Shown: positions 13,735-28,244, counted from the first letter of the stretch. The stretch: 64,000 bases of DNA from Isurus oxyrinchus (GCA_026770705.1 JANJGN010000027.1:19096001-19160000), one strand, 5' to 3'. Made by a program: numbers and translations. The notes: generated by a model not told the origin, from the letters alone.

Positions 13735-14775
13735 TAAGATTATTTGGAATAGGAGGAGGAGGCCATTCAGCTAATTGAGCCTCCTCTGCCATTCAATACG
13801 ATCATAATTTATCAGAGTGTGGCCTTAAGGCTGCTTTCTTGCCTGTCTCCCCTTGACTCCCTCAAAATGGGTCAAAAATCTAACTCAGCCTTAAATGCGC
13901 TCTGTGGAAGAGAATTCTAAAGACTAATGACTTTCTGCGAGGAGAGATTCCTCCTCATCTCCTTGGGCACATATTACGGGGCAGACTGCATGACCCCCCC
14001 AGGAACGGAAGTCGGCCAGAAGCTGACAAGCCCACCCTGCAGCCAAAACAAGCTGGGGGCGACAGGCTAAATTGGTTGAGAGTGGGACTTCTGCCTTTCA
14101 GTGAAAGTCCTACTCTCGGAAGCTGCTGACAAATCTGAATGGGCGACAGCTCCAGCAGTCCTGACAGTGCCAAAGTTCAGGACTGCAGGAAGGAGGACAA
14201 AGATGATCATGGCTGCCCCAGAAAGGTGAGTCCCAGGGTTTTAGGGTGGGGAGGGATCCTGAAGTCTAAGGAGGGGGGAAGCAGTGGGGGTTAGGGGCTG
14301 GATTTTGGAGGGCAGGTGGCACGGAAGTCAGGGGTGACATCTTGGGTGGGGGTGCCCTATTGAGTACAAGGCATCCCCTGAATGAGGTGCCCCCTTTCCT
14401 TCCTGCCGTTTTTCATGGAGGCCAAAAATAACAACCTGCCCACTTCAGCCCACTTGCCTATGCCAGCCATATTATGACATGGGCAGCATATTATCCAGGT
14501 CAATTGGCTTGCTAACAAGCATAATTTTATTATTTATATACATATAGTTGGCAGGCGCTGAAATCACATCGGTCAGCGGGGACACATTAAATCCAGTCCC
14601 TTATCTTTAAACTGTGCTCCCTAGTTCTAGATTTCCCCACAAGGGGAAACGAGCATCTACCCTCTCAAGACCTTTCAGAATCTTATATGTTTCAATAAGA
14701 TCATCTCTCATTATTCTGAGTTCCAATGAGTATAGGCCCAACCTTTCTTCATAAGACAACCCCTTCATCCCATGC
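13735..14775 (-). mobile_element. CR1-like LINE 3' fragment split by a Harbinger-type MITE (about 13965..14599)
   Basis: aggccattcag...ctctgccattcaat tail, resuming at ccttatctttaaactgtg after the insert. The insert is bounded by gggcacatatt / aaatccagtcc with ctt on both sides. Confidence 0.6.
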
Positions 14776-15023
14776 AGGAATCAGGGATTTTTTTTTTAAC
14801 TGTTTTGCCCAGTGTAACCACTCATGCTTTCACTCAGCAAATTATCAACAAGATGGTGAAATCCACTGCTGAATTAAGCCACAACAGAAACAAGATACAA
14901 TGCATGTTTGAAGACATAAATTCAAGTGTTTGCATTACCACATGTACTAGGGAGTGACTTTTGAGGCTGAATCAGAGTGACTCAAACTGTTTTAAGGTAT
15001 TTGTTCCTTTTTTTGCTAGCTCA

Positions 15024-15284
<261 letters not shown>

Positions 15285-15544
15285 CTAGGAAATAGAGATC
15301 TTTATTAGTGACAAACAGACACGTTCATTCAAGTGTGTAAAAATTAACCACAGAAGAATTAAATAATATCAGTGCCAGACCTGGGCTTTATTCCATGCAG
15401 ATGTAAGGGGCTGGTTGTTTTACCTTTATTGTACCCTATATTTTTTGAAAAAAAGATGCTCATAATCAAAGATAGCTGCCCTATTTTTCCTTCCGATTTC
15501 CCCATTCTGCCCACACAAGTGCTAAGATCTTTGATTAAGCACAT

Positions 15545-15845
15545 AAGGAAACATCATTTCCATTGGCAGGAGGGTTGCTATCCAGAGGACACACATTTAA
15601 GGCAATTGGCAAAAGAACCAGAGGTGAGATGAGGACAATTTTTCTCCTAAATTCTGATGATCTGGAACATGTTGCTTAAAAGAATAGTAGAAGCAGATTC
15701 AATGCCAACTTCCAAAAGGGAATACTTGAAGGTGAAAAATAGCAGGGGTATGAGGAAAGAGCAGTAGAGTGGAACTAATTGGATAGCTCTTTTCCAAGAA
15801 CTGGTGCAGGCAAGATGGGCCAAATGGCTTCCTTTCGTGCTTTAA
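15545..15845 (+). mobile_element. CR1-like LINE 3' fragment
   Basis: agaggacacacatttaagg...tggaac...gggccaaatggcttcct tail. Confidence 0.6.
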
Positions 15846-16733
15846 AATTCTAAGCAACTGAAATTTGAGTAGGTGCCAAGAGGGAAAAATGGATTCATAG
15901 CTGCAAAGTCAGTTAAACCCACTGTAAAACAGGACAGTGGCATGATGGGTGCAGCAAAATCTCGGCTTGCACTTCTTCAGAGGGATAAACCTGCTAGCAG
16001 TCCTCAAGCTGTTATCCTTATTATTTTACTCTTCACACTGCTCAGTGTCCTTTATGGACTTTTCCTGTCATATAGCATCTGCAAAGCTGATTTGCTATTA
16101 ATTTCCCAGAGATGAGTGTTATTAAACTAGAGAAACACACGGAGCTGTATTGCCATTAATTGACAGTGCATTTTGAACAGACTGAAAATTGCTAAATTGA
16201 GACAGAAATACCAACAGAGCTACCACAGGGTTAATCAAATCACACAAACCTGATCCAGCCAGCTCCATTATATCAGTATGCTGTCTAATGAAAATAGTGA
16301 AAGTTCTTGATTCTGAAATTAATTATCACTTGTATCTTTCTGACAAATGAAGTTTAATGGTCCAGGTCTACTACTAAGGGTGGGCTTGAGACAGGAGCTG
16401 ATCCAATCTGAACAGTGTCATGGAAATGAGTCACAAGCAAGAATGGCTGAATTCAAGCTCGAGTACTTTCAGGTATTTAAACAATGGAAGTTTTGAAAAA
16501 GCAGGTTAAATAAAAGTTTCCATTCCAGTTTGGTATGAAATTCATTACAGGGTGTGAGCAGCAGCACAGACAAAACTAATTCTCCTTCTCCAGCTCTTGC
16601 AGCCCATCACCCATGTTCAGCATCACTGGGGACTTATGACCGGTTGCATGAACCTGATGTACCAAAAATTGCCTTATTGACCACACTTCAGTTGTTACTG
16701 CATTTAGGAAGACAGGCATTTTTTTTCATTACG

Positions 16734-17195
16734 TAAGAACATAGGACTTAGGAGTGGGAGTAGGCCATTGGGCCCTTCGAACCTGCTCTGCCATTCGATA
16801 AGATCATGGATAATCTGGCTGTGGTCTGAACTCGACTTTCCTGTCTGCCGCCAAAAACCCTTGACTTCCTTGTCTATCAAAAATCTGTCTAACTCAGTCT
16901 TAAATAAATTCAATGACCCAGCCTCCATTGCTTTCTGGGGAAGAGAATTCCACATACCAACAACTCTCAGAGAAAATAATTCTTCTCATCTCCAACTTAA
17001 ATGGGAGACCTCTTATTTTTAAACTGTGTCTCCCCAACAAGAAGAAACATCCTCCTGGTCTCCACCCTATCAAGTCCTCTCAGGATCTTATATTTTTATA
17101 AGATCACCTCTCATTCTTCTAAACTCCAATGGGTAAAGGCCCAACCTGTTCAACCTTTCTTCATAAGATAAGCCCTTCATCTCAGGAATGAGTCG
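16734..17195 (-). mobile_element. CR1/HER1-like LINE 3' fragment
   Basis: ORF 16704..16955 (WNSLPQKAMEAGSLNLFKTELDRFL) matches the CR1 ORF2 C-terminus; tail ttcctatgttctt. Confidence 0.8.
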
Positions 17196-17699
17196 AAGGA
17201 TCATTCAGCATAAACTGAGCCATAGATCTAAATAGTAATAGTTCCTCACAATCTAAATAAGTTAAGGCCTAAAACAACCCCTGGATTTCAGTCTTATGAA
17301 AAGGATTTTCAAAAGGTGCCTAATTTGAGGCTTTCACATCCTGGGATGCCAGCTTCCAGCATCCTGAGCCAACTTTCAGACTGACTGATTACAGCGCAAG
17401 CAGAGATCAACTAAAGGCAAGGTTCCCTCTCCTTCAACCTGTACATTCTCTGGTTCCATTATCTTATTGTTCAGTTCTTGTTCCATCTCATTGCTTTGGA
17501 AAGAAAAGTACTTTTAACCTGGAACCCGACTCCCTCCTACCAGATGCTAGCTTTTAAAGGCAAAATTTAATATCACCTAACAATGGTAATAACAGCGAGC
17601 ATCACACAGAATCAGAAAGCCTTGGGCCCAGAGCCTTCCAACCTAGGCTGGTTAAAGAAATACCTAGTGGTAGGTAAGCAACAGAACAGGAAGTGAAAA

Positions 17700-18068
17700 T
17701 TATGTTTTTGGCTCTCTTTGATAAAATTTCTTATAGGGCTTGACAGGATAGGTACTGGGGAACTGTTTCTACTCGAACTAGGGGCCAAATTCTCAGGACG
17801 AGGGGTCGGTGATTAAGGATTGAGATGAGGAAAAATTTCTTCGCTCAAAGGGTTGTGAATCTTTGGACTTCTCTACCTCAGAGGGCTGTGGATACTCAGT
17901 CATCAAGTATGTCCTGAGGGAGATTGATAGATTTTTGGATAGTAATGAAATAGAAAGATATAGAGAAAGTGGATTTGAGGTAGAAAATCAGCCATGATAG
18001 TATTAAATGGTGCAGCAGGCTCAAGGGGCCATATATGGCTTACTCCTGGTCCCATTTCTTATGTTCTA
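17700..18068 (+). mobile_element. CR1/HER1-like LINE 3' fragment
   Basis: gggttgtgaatctttggacttctctacctcagagggctgtggat...cttatgttct; inverted relative of the 16734-17195 copy. Confidence 0.75.
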
Positions 18069-21000
18069 GGAGTAGTCACTCCAATTCTCAGTGATCAAGG
18101 TGCTTTAATTTAAACATAGTTTAACTTAGATTGGGTGAATGTGCAACACATTTGTTAAAATATAAAAAATGTAGCAAAATTGTCTATATTCTGCAGCTTA
18201 CCTAAGGATTTTGCCTGGTAACCAATGAATAAAATTACCTGCTCTAACTATTCTCTTCTTTTCCCCACTGCGCCTAACAACAACTCGCACATGGGAATCC
18301 CAACACTTAAAACATAATGCTGATAAGCAAATCACTGGTGTTAGCCGCAAAAAGTTCACTGACTCCTTCAGTTAATTCCCTTAAGTCCTTTTAATTTGAT
18401 TGATTGATCAATCCCTAGGACGAAAGCTTCCAATCCTCTGTGTCCAGCTGTCAAAGACCAGCAAGTCCGAAGTTCATTCCCTCACCCGGGTTAAGTGAGC
18501 TCAGTCATGGAGCAGAGGGTAAATACAAATTTATGGTTGCATCCTGGGTCAGAGGGAAACATAATTGCCTATTTCAATTTAAATGGGTAATGCCGCCACT
18601 AAAATAGCAGGCTAAATTTTGTCACGTGAGTGCATTGGCCATTTTTCCATTGGCAATATCGACAGTCATTTGTGGGCCCTGGTTTTTAATCAAAAAATAC
18701 AGGCATGGAGGTGACACAAGGCCACGATCAGGGTTGTAACAGTCCCCATGATCAAACAGCCTGCTGATATTCATTGTCCAAGCTCAGTGACATAACCGTC
18801 TACATCAGTTACTGCAGGTGCTATGTGATTCACTGACTGCAGCCCAGCAAGAAACCATTGCCTTTGAAGAGAGGGAGAAAAAGGGAAAGAAAGAAAACCA
18901 CAATCATTTTGAATGACAAGTAATTGTGATAACAAAAGTCCATAGATTGGTACAAATAAAGAACAGAATTGCAAACCTATTCACTACAAAGCTATAATTT
19001 CCTTCTTACCTTGTCCTATTTGGCAAAGTATAATCAGAAAATCATTTTTAAAACAATTTGTGATAGATTACATGTTGTACAATGAATAAAAGATCAGCGC
19101 TCAAAGGGACAGCAGAAATCCAATAAGGTGATTAATGGTTGGGTATCAACAATACCACTGCAGTGAACGGTTTGCTACCATGGTTCAAACTCATGGCATC
19201 CATGCCATTCTGTTTACATAAAACTATTTTTAGGCTGCATTACCTTCTATGATGTCACACATCACCTGCATTGGTGAAGTTCCCCTGATATTAATACTTT
19301 CATACTGACATTTTGAAAATTTGAAACTATTTGTCCTCTTGAAACTATTATTCATTTATTCTTCTGTTTATATTCATGATAATGTAACATTGGTGCATCA
19401 ATGAAAAGCTGATCACTGAACATGACCAACAGTGTCCGTAACATTTCAATACTCTATCTATGCATTGATGAAGACCAATAGGTAAGGCCATTCTCTATTG
19501 TGGAATTGATCCATTTACACCAAGTTGGTCATACGTACAAATCTCTGGCCCAAGCTGAGTTAGCTACCTCAACAATGGCTGAGATCAAAGAGAGAATTCC
19601 CTGTGTGCGTTTCGGATAAAGAATAAGCTCATCCAGTGGCATCCTGCAGCTAGAAAACATGTGTATCTGGATGTTAAGTGGGATGAGGACTGAATGGTTC
19701 CCCCTTAAGTCTGAATATAGTTCCTATATTGCTGATGAATGGGAACACTTGGGTGAGATGCTAAAGAACTCCCCATGGCCATCAAGGTGTGCCACAGTGC
19801 AAGTCAGAAGATTCGGAGAGGTAGAAAAGAAATTTCTTTACAAGTGATAGCTCAACACATATCACGGCACAATGTAGCCTTGGGGGGAGGGGGGGGTTGT
19901 AACACACCTCAGGTGTGCCTGACCAAATGGGATCTCCACAACACCAACTCCAAGCGCCCCTGACTGTGCTGACCTCCAGCAGCAGCCTGCCCCTATGCGA
20001 ATGCTCCGTGATCAACGTCCTCAACACTGCTGATTTTTCCCAACAATTTATTTGGGGAAAATCCACACCAAGTCTGCAAATCTGAAAATTGTCTACAATG
20101 GACAGAAAGTCATTGACTTCCTGAAACATGCACTAGGGACGTCCAGAGTGAAAATTTTACGAGTTTTGTGTTGCTTTGGTGTGTTGAATCATGGGGAGAG
20201 AAGGGAAAAGAATGAAACAAATTGTTTCACTGGCATTCCTGTATCAATCTGATTTCAAATATGTCAATGCTAGTCTTATTCTTACAAATTTCTTGTAACA
20301 AATTCCAATAACTGTTTTCATTACAGTAAACAATACTAAAAACATTGTTAATGTGGAGATATATAGTGCCTTTTTTCAGTTTTCTCCTATGTGGAGAATC
20401 ATTCGACTATTCCAGAATAAGGATAGAGCCATAAGGGGCACTTGGAACAGAGAAGTACTGGAACAGAATGATAACATAGCTGCAAGAATTCATTATTCAC
20501 AAATGAGAACACATCAGTGTTATAAAGCGTGTCACAGCTGACAGTGAGACAGAATAAAAATCTCCACTTGTGAGGCTGCTCAGAGCTCACTAGTGATTTC
20601 ACCGCTTGCGAGGTGGATTCACACGTTGAGACATTTATCACATCACATGACTGGTCTGGATCCCACATATCCGTTCAGATATGCAAGGAGGCGAAAGTAT
20701 GGAGCTTGTTCCACTACAAATCCTTGTGGGTTGGGTACACCTACTACCCTGTGACTGTTGCTCTTTCTCTGCATTGGGACTGCCTGTCAAACAGGCTCTG
20801 AAGCTGGTCTCTGTGAAGAAATCAGATCTCCAGCAGAGACTGCGCAGGTTAGCATGTATTCAAAGCAGGACTGCCACATTACTGCAAATCAGCACAGTGA
20901 TTTTACAAATGAGAAGTGGCATTTATGCAATCAATGAATGCAGCATCATTTTGAAGACCGGCTGCTGATAGGCAACCGGCATCTAAATGCAGAAATACAC

Positions 21001-21467
21001 ACCTCTGATTGTTGGTCTGATTGCAATTAAATAGAAAATTTACAGTTCTAATTGTATTTGCATGGTTGAAATATTTCATAGGCTGTCTATAACTAGGTGA
21101 GCCCTATTAATATCAGGATAAATGACCCATGCCCAATGCATGTTGTTTCAGTGTCTCAAACTGAGCGCGGTCAGCTTCGTTCGCAAGACGTGGACTTGTT
21201 CCTAATGAAGTAGAATCTGATTCATCACACTGATAAGTCAGTTAAAATCAGCAAACAATGGGTTTGATCAGGAGACAGTGGATCTTAATGAGGGTCAGGG
21301 CTGTTGGTGGCAGTTTGTAAAACATGTCACTTTTGCTCTTACAGGACATTGAAAAGCGCAGCATATATGGTTGTCAGATCCCACTGAACGAAAATGTCGG
21401 TTACAAGTAATTGAAGAGCCATGTCACCTTGCGCCATCCAAGGTTACTGCCAGTTTGTGATACCCAC

Positions 21468-21591
21468 CAGAATGACCTTCTCCATTTCTTTGGCTGGGCA
21501 CCAGTGAAACATCCCAGTGGAATCATATTTCTTCACACTAGCGTCCATTTCCTCTATCTGATCATTTCCTGGAATTGACAAGGGGTCATGC
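21468..21591 (-). CDS. KCNMA1: KCNMA1 exon, [41 protein letters not shown]
   Basis: ctgcag|GCATGAC...ATTCTG|gtgggt; 124 nt, phase 2-0. Confidence 0.98.
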
Positions 21592-22641
21592 CTGCAGAGA
21601 CAAGAGAATCAAGACAAGGAGTTGTCTATCAGCCTGACACCTCACTCAATCTGCTTTGACCAGTTGACAAGTTACTGCTGGCCAGGAACACACTTAGTGA
21701 ACACAAGTTGTTTAATTTACAAGCAATCGCATTACTGCAGTACTTACTCCAACCACCACCCCATCCACACCCACCCTGCCCCCTGCAAAAAACATGATCA
21801 AAAGGCAGACATTAACTGCTGCAATGAGGTGAAATAGATAGAGACAGAGCTTCATGCTGGCTGAGTGGCATGAAGATGAAAAGCCAATTACAGGCTTTTA
21901 CTGCATACAACTTCCGATGCTGTTCTCTGTGCAATAAAAGCTTTAACAGGGTACACTTGATATATTTTAGCAATTTTACCCCCATCATATTTTGCTTTTT
22001 TGAAAACTGGAAGCCATTAAAGTTTCAGAGGATGTCAGCTCGGAGCAGATTGATTAATTTACATCTACATTGCGAGCAGATGATTTTTCTCCAGAAGAAC
22101 ACTGAGTATAAAAGTGGTCCTCAGCAGCTGCCACCTGGCCATCAACGCCTGCACTTCTAACATTTCACTGCATTCTGCACATCCATCATTCGCCAGCAGC
22201 TGTCATCCCAAGTCTCTGTCTTGAATAGTCAGCAATAGAGCTTTAAAAACCCCTTTTCATCTTGACCTAGCTGAAACTCTACCAGAATCCCCATTACTTC
22301 AAATTCCATCACTTACGGGGTAATTACACCTGCAGCATACCTTTTTTTTTCAACCTACATAAGTTTCACTTAAGAAATGCTTAGAAAATTTTCAATGTAC
22401 ATAGCAATCCTGCTCAGACACTTGAAACTCTAAATTATTTCTGAGAAATAAATCACAAATTTTTAAGGAAACTAGATTATTTTCAATCCTAAAGCTGTAA
22501 ATTTAAAAATTCCAGTACTTTATTTATTAGTGAATGAAACATTGTGCACATGATAGAATATTTATTTATGTGTGCAAGCAGACATTAACAATTCTGCCCC
22601 TAAAAAAAAAGGATTCAGTAAATACAAAAAGAACTGAATGC

Positions 22642-22915
22642 TTAACCCTTCCACCTGGAGAGGCTCACACTGTGAGTCCTTTCTTGACCCGGGAATTGTT
22701 GTGTGTAATGTACTGTTTGTACCGCAGGCCTCTCTTGTGTAATGCTTTGTTCAGTGCTGATAGCTCCCCAGTGTAATGCAACGCTTCATGTAGTCTGAGG
22801 TGAGCACTGCAGACATTCGAGAACATTTACTACATGGAATTAATTAGACGGTGGGTGAAAGCACCTTTGCAGAAGCACAGGGTCGATACTGTCCGTCAGG
22901 GCTTCAATGGGTTAA
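22642..22915. mobile_element. Possible old piggyBac-type MITE
   Basis: TTAA-CCC...GGG-TTAA boundaries. The inverted repeat beyond CCC is poor. Confidence 0.3.
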
Positions 22916-25221
22916 AAAATGTAGCTAAGAGTTAAATTTCACTTCTCTGCAAGGATTTAAATTAACTTTCTTTGAAAGCATTTTAACCGTAACTTACAAA
23001 TGAATTGTTCTTGCTATATTTAATTTTTGTACATTTTAACGTATATTTTTAGTGCTCCATATTATAAATAGTTCCTTACTAATAAATATGTCACTGGAAA
23101 TAGTGTCCTGTAGCAAGCCAAGAATGTGTTGTCAAATCTGCTACTGGCAAGGGCCTGTTTGGAACATCGCATCCAACCATGCAGCTCAACGACGAGTAGA
23201 AATTGTGGGTAATGTACTATGAGTGCACACTAACCAAGCTGCTTCACAAGCAACAGCCAGAAGCAAAACCACAATCCTATCCAGTAATGTTGCTGGGGAT
23301 AGATTTTCTGCAGATCCGACAAAATATTGCTTCTCGCTTGGCATTTCAGTCATGCCTGCTCGAAACCTCGCACGTTTATTTAATTTCCCCCCTCGTTTTC
23401 TGCGTTCCACATTCTCAGTCCTTCACAATCATCATGACAAAACATTTGTCTATTAAAATGTTCGTCGCCTAGATGCATGCAGTCAGTGCAGGTGCTAATA
23501 ACTGTGAAACCATTTAGTGATTTTACACCATGGCTGAATATTTCATGATGCTCTGTGTGTTTCACGATTTAGTCAATGGACCTCTGTCACTTCAATCTTT
23601 GCTGACTGCCTTGACTGGCGCAATAAAGCTCCGCCAAGATAGCTATCTTTCACCAACTGTCACTCATTGCAGCCTGTCATTGGCAAACTCTTGTTGAACG
23701 CTGCTACTCACAGGGAATAACTACGACATTTGTTACACCGTAATGCTCTGTTCTGATGGATTAGAACAAATGCGTTGTGATTAATAGACCCAACATTCAC
23801 CGACTACAATTAGAAGCAAGTATCCGATGACCCTCTGAAATCCAACAGAATGGTATTAATTTCATGTAAAGAATGTCAGACTGGCACTCGTTAGAACTTG
23901 TTATACTGAAGGCTCAAACAGTTCTGTGCTTGGTGTTCAAGCTGCGTTTAGCAATTCCAATGTGATGCTGACTAGACAGCACTAGCAGGGGATGACTATT
24001 CTTGCTCAGTCCCTCTCCACCAGGCAATGAAAGCAGGCTGCTCTTTGAAATTTTCCATTCCCATCATGCAAACTGACAAAGGCATGCTTTTCAAAACCCA
24101 CTTCCAAACTGTTGATCATTACTTATTTACAAAGGCCTTGAGGCATGTGTGCCTGCAAAAACCATATTTGATACAATACATACCAGTTTATTCACCCTTG
24201 TGCAATAAGCACCCCTTAGGCAGACTTAAACCGGCACTTAATATTGCCCATAAAACGTACCTTGTAATTCCAAAATATGTAATATTTAAGGTATAATATT
24301 TCTGCAGGAAAAGGATTTCTGAAGGGTTCGGTGACTCTGCGTTCAGTAATTCTATGTTTTGCTGAGGGCTATGAGTTGAAAAAGCTGCACCAAGCATAGA
24401 CGACCTGTCATTTCACTACCCAAGGGCCACTAATATAAAGGAGTACCCTACAGCAGCAAAACTTCGGCACAGCTTTGAAGCGTATGAGAACAGCAGAACT
24501 TGCTCCCTAGAATTATTACTGCAAGCAGATCAAAAGAGCCGATGCCTATTTTACATGGTAAACAGGGACCCACTGCTCATCTGCGAAATGTTTGGAGTTT
24601 CTGTAAACCTGAAGCAATCTTCATGTAATATTGTTTCATATGCTAAGTGGATGAAGCTGTTTACTTGTCTAACATTGTACGCACTTTAATCCCTGACACA
24701 GAAGCGGTATATTTTCTATCACAACCCTCCTTCTACCTTACCCCACCAATTATTAGCTTTTCTTTCCTTCCTTTAAGTCAAAATCAATTAATGCCAAATT
24801 AATATAAATGGACAAGATAAAAGGGATATAAAAAAATTTGGGTTCATTTTTCATTGTGCCGCCATATCTCACATATGGCCTAAAGTACAGAAAACAGGAC
24901 TCGAAGGGCTTCGCGCAAACGGTGAATAGCCTGAGGCAAAGTAACCGTATGAGTCTCTCTGATTGGTTACTGCTGTCATTAGTGCCATTGCTGTTTAAGA
25001 AGTACATGCGGACAGGCTGAGGTGACAGCTGAGACTTTAAAGGCTGCGTTTTCTCTAACAGCTTTTCCTACCCTCTTTCATGACAGAAATTTTTCAGCTC
25101 TATCATTAACTGCTGACAGGCTGACAGAATAAATACTTCAGCCTTTAAGGATTTCTCTCTTGCTCGCTCACTCGCTCTCTCTCTCTCTCTTTAGACACAA
25201 GAGTTCTTTAAGCTGTCTTAC

Positions 25222-25315
25222 CTCATCAGTTTGGGTGAACTGTTGGGTGAATTTCGCATACCTCCATTTCGCTGCTTTTTTTTGGGTGACAGAGCTGATG
25301 GGTTTTCATCTTGAA
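25222..25315 (-). CDS. KCNMA1: KCNMA1 exon, [32 protein letters not shown] (RCK1-RCK2 linker)
   Basis: ttgcag|TTCAAGATG...CTGATGAG|gtaaga; 94 nt, phase 1-2. Confidence 0.97.
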
Positions 25316-27903
25316 CTGCAAACATATGGAAGATGGGAGATTAGGAGCCATTTTAAGTCTGATATGAAATGAAAATGGAATATTAAAAAATGCATATTAA
25401 ACAGAAAGTGACTCATTATGAAAGTTAAAGGTCCCCATTACAGGCAACTAACAAGATTTGAGAATAAGAGAGTAATATGGGAAAAGCATTAATCAAAATG
25501 AGTTTAAAACCCTATATATCACATCTAGGGTTATGTATTATTCAGTATTATTCAGACTATGGTGCTATAAGGACAGTAAAACAGATAATTAAAGGAAAAT
25601 TTAAAGCAATACACATACAAACAAAAAGTAAAGGAAAGCTCTGAGTGGAAACAGCCTAAATTTGGGTGGTTAGGAATACAAAGCATCACCTGCCACTCCA
25701 AAAATCCAAGTAAACCACACTCAGTATAGAGTTAATATATGTAATGTTCTAAAGTAATTTATTAAAAAATAAATCAAACCACTCAGTTAAAGATGGTGTC
25801 ATTCTGAGCTTGCAGTTTTCACAAATGGGCTCCTGTGTTCAATCAGCAGTGGCCGATGGAACTACATATGCACAACTTGCAGTACTAGGCAAAGCATACA
25901 GGGTGAGAGAAAATACTGCAGGGTGCGTCCCTCTGCCTTTCAAACAATGGCTGTTAAAAAAGGTAGACAAAGTTTAACTGAAGTATTTAATCTATTATGA
26001 AAATGCTACTAATTTTGTTGGTCCACTTAAACAGTATGTGACCACTCTGAAAATGTTAAAACCCACACAACACTGTGCCTGTATATCTTGCTTGTTGTTC
26101 TGTTCAAAGGGATTTAAATGCATTTAGGCAAATAACATATTTTCAGTTACTCTAACATCATCTGACACCTTATTTACATGTTTATTGAATCATTGGAATT
26201 CAATTGGAATTGTTAAAACAGGTACTGAGTTAAGACGTTACTGTGGTCTTTGCAATTTGTAGCTTTAGTTTTGTTAGGGTGAGAACTAATGTTTCGTATG
26301 CACGTTGGGCTATGGTGTGAATTCAGTGACTCATGCAAGGACTATAACTAGGATTATCGACAGACAATGGAAACCTGCAACTAATTGAGGAATCTTATAG
26401 AATGACAGGTCAGGAAAGGGTAGGTGGATTGAAGGTATGGGAAGAGGAGTGAAAAGATAGAGGAACGTAAGGTCGTTTCCAATGATTGGAGTCATGGAGT
26501 ACAGGAAATAAGGTGCTTTGGGAAACTGCAGGAGGACATTACAGTTTTGGGGTCTGCTGAATGTGCCTTTCCATTTATCATCTGCTGTATGCCATTAACC
26601 CTTTTGGTTTGTGCAGAATTACTGCATTTTATACAGCAGGAGCATGATAAGAATACTCCCCCAGCCTTCAATACTGAACCCAATGACAGCAGCAACAACA
26701 AAAGAAGATATTTCTCTCTAAAGTGCACATTGGAATAAATTGAGATATTGCAACTGCTCCAATATTTTTGACACAATTGAAAAAGGCTGCCAGATTCTAC
26801 AGGAGAGCTCGATTTCACTGTGGCTGTCAGACTATGACGAACACATCAACCAACATCGAACACCACTGTCTAGAACACAATTAGCAAGAGATTAGATTCT
26901 AGTATAATATGCTTCTTAAAATGAAACGCTTGCCAAGGGTTCTGGAGGGCTGCAGCAGTGACGACAGTGTTAGTTGGAAAGAAAATAATTCATGGGCTGT
27001 TAAATCAGGGTGGACTGAGATATTGGCTGATTTAAAATGTTAAAGAGCAGGGTTTTGGCTCAGAAATTTTCAAACATTTTCTGGAACATCTTTAGTCAAA
27101 CTTCAAACTGTTATTACTGGCAACTGATAAGATGACACAGTCCCCCAGACAGAGATCCACAAAGCCTGGAAAAGCACATTCTTTACCTTTAAAGCTGTAA
27201 TATTACTGTGAAACCACAAAATGTTTTCATTCCTCATTTGCATGTAATTTTATAACTTATTTGAACATTCATTTCTTTAACATTAAATCAGCACAGGCAG
27301 GTGGTTCCGAAAATGTAGATAGGCTTCATCCATTTGTGTTACTTATAAACAGCAACACACACAATAATGGATGTGTACCTGTAGGTGCATACAGCAGTTA
27401 CTGGGGCTGCACAGTATAATCTGTAGCTACTAATAGTTCTGCATGATATACTGAAAAATAGGCACAATCACTGTTAAAGAATTTAAGAGCGTACCCAAAC
27501 AGATGTCTGCTGTGTTTATGCATATTATTCTGAAAGTCAGAACATTTCTGCTCATTTCTAACTAAATAAATTCAGTAAATTGTACTTATTCTATCCAAAT
27601 CTCATAGCCTATCAACACTACAAAAGCTGAGTTTTAAACTCTCAAACTCTGCAAATGGCTGTTTTTATTAAGACGAGTTCTTTTTGTGTGTCTGTATGCC
27701 CTTGTAGCTTGAAAGTTAATTGTATTTATTTGAGTTTGTTTAAATGCTGCAAAGAAATGGAGACTTAGTTCAGATCAGACAATAAAAGGATCACTTCTGG
27801 GTGGACTGTACTCCTGTCACCACTTGGCAGATTTTCTGTCTGTGTGCTGAGTTTTTTTAAGTAATGTTTGAAAGGAGAAAAAAAGGCACCCCAAACTATA
27901 CTG

Positions 27904-28244
27904 TCATGCACAGCTGTCAGCACTGGCTGCAGAATGTGGCCAAGGGCACCTATGGAGGTCATTGAAAGCAGAGCGGATGGGCTGGCACCTGTATTTCCTG
28001 GGCAAGCTTAGTGCCCGATGCAATTTACACTGGACAACACTTCCCTGTTCCCTCACATTCAGCCGACTTAGGCGACTGAGTGAAGGGTCTCTGAACAAGT
28101 AAACGTCCCCTTTGTTCCTGTTAACAAGCAGCATGGATTCTGCCTTTTCTGGAACAGGTGCAGGCTTTGGCAATACCATGTGATCTGTGGAATTGTGGGC
28201 TTTAAATGACTCACTTAGTGAACCTGCTTTAGCTTCATCCTTTA
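27904..28244 (-). CDS. KCNMA1: KCNMA1 exon-22-like alternative exon, open to a stop codon (putative alternative terminal exon; internal donor would give a 30-nt form, 28215..28244)
   Basis: Acceptor ctcctctttcatacttgtcag|TAAAGGAT is in phase 1. Peptide LKDEAKAGSLSESFKAHNSTDHMVLPKP resembles rodent e22 (LKVEARAR...VPKP, recalled). The frame stays open to TGA at 27904, and AATAAA follows at 27725-27730 and 27664-27669. Confidence 0.7.
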
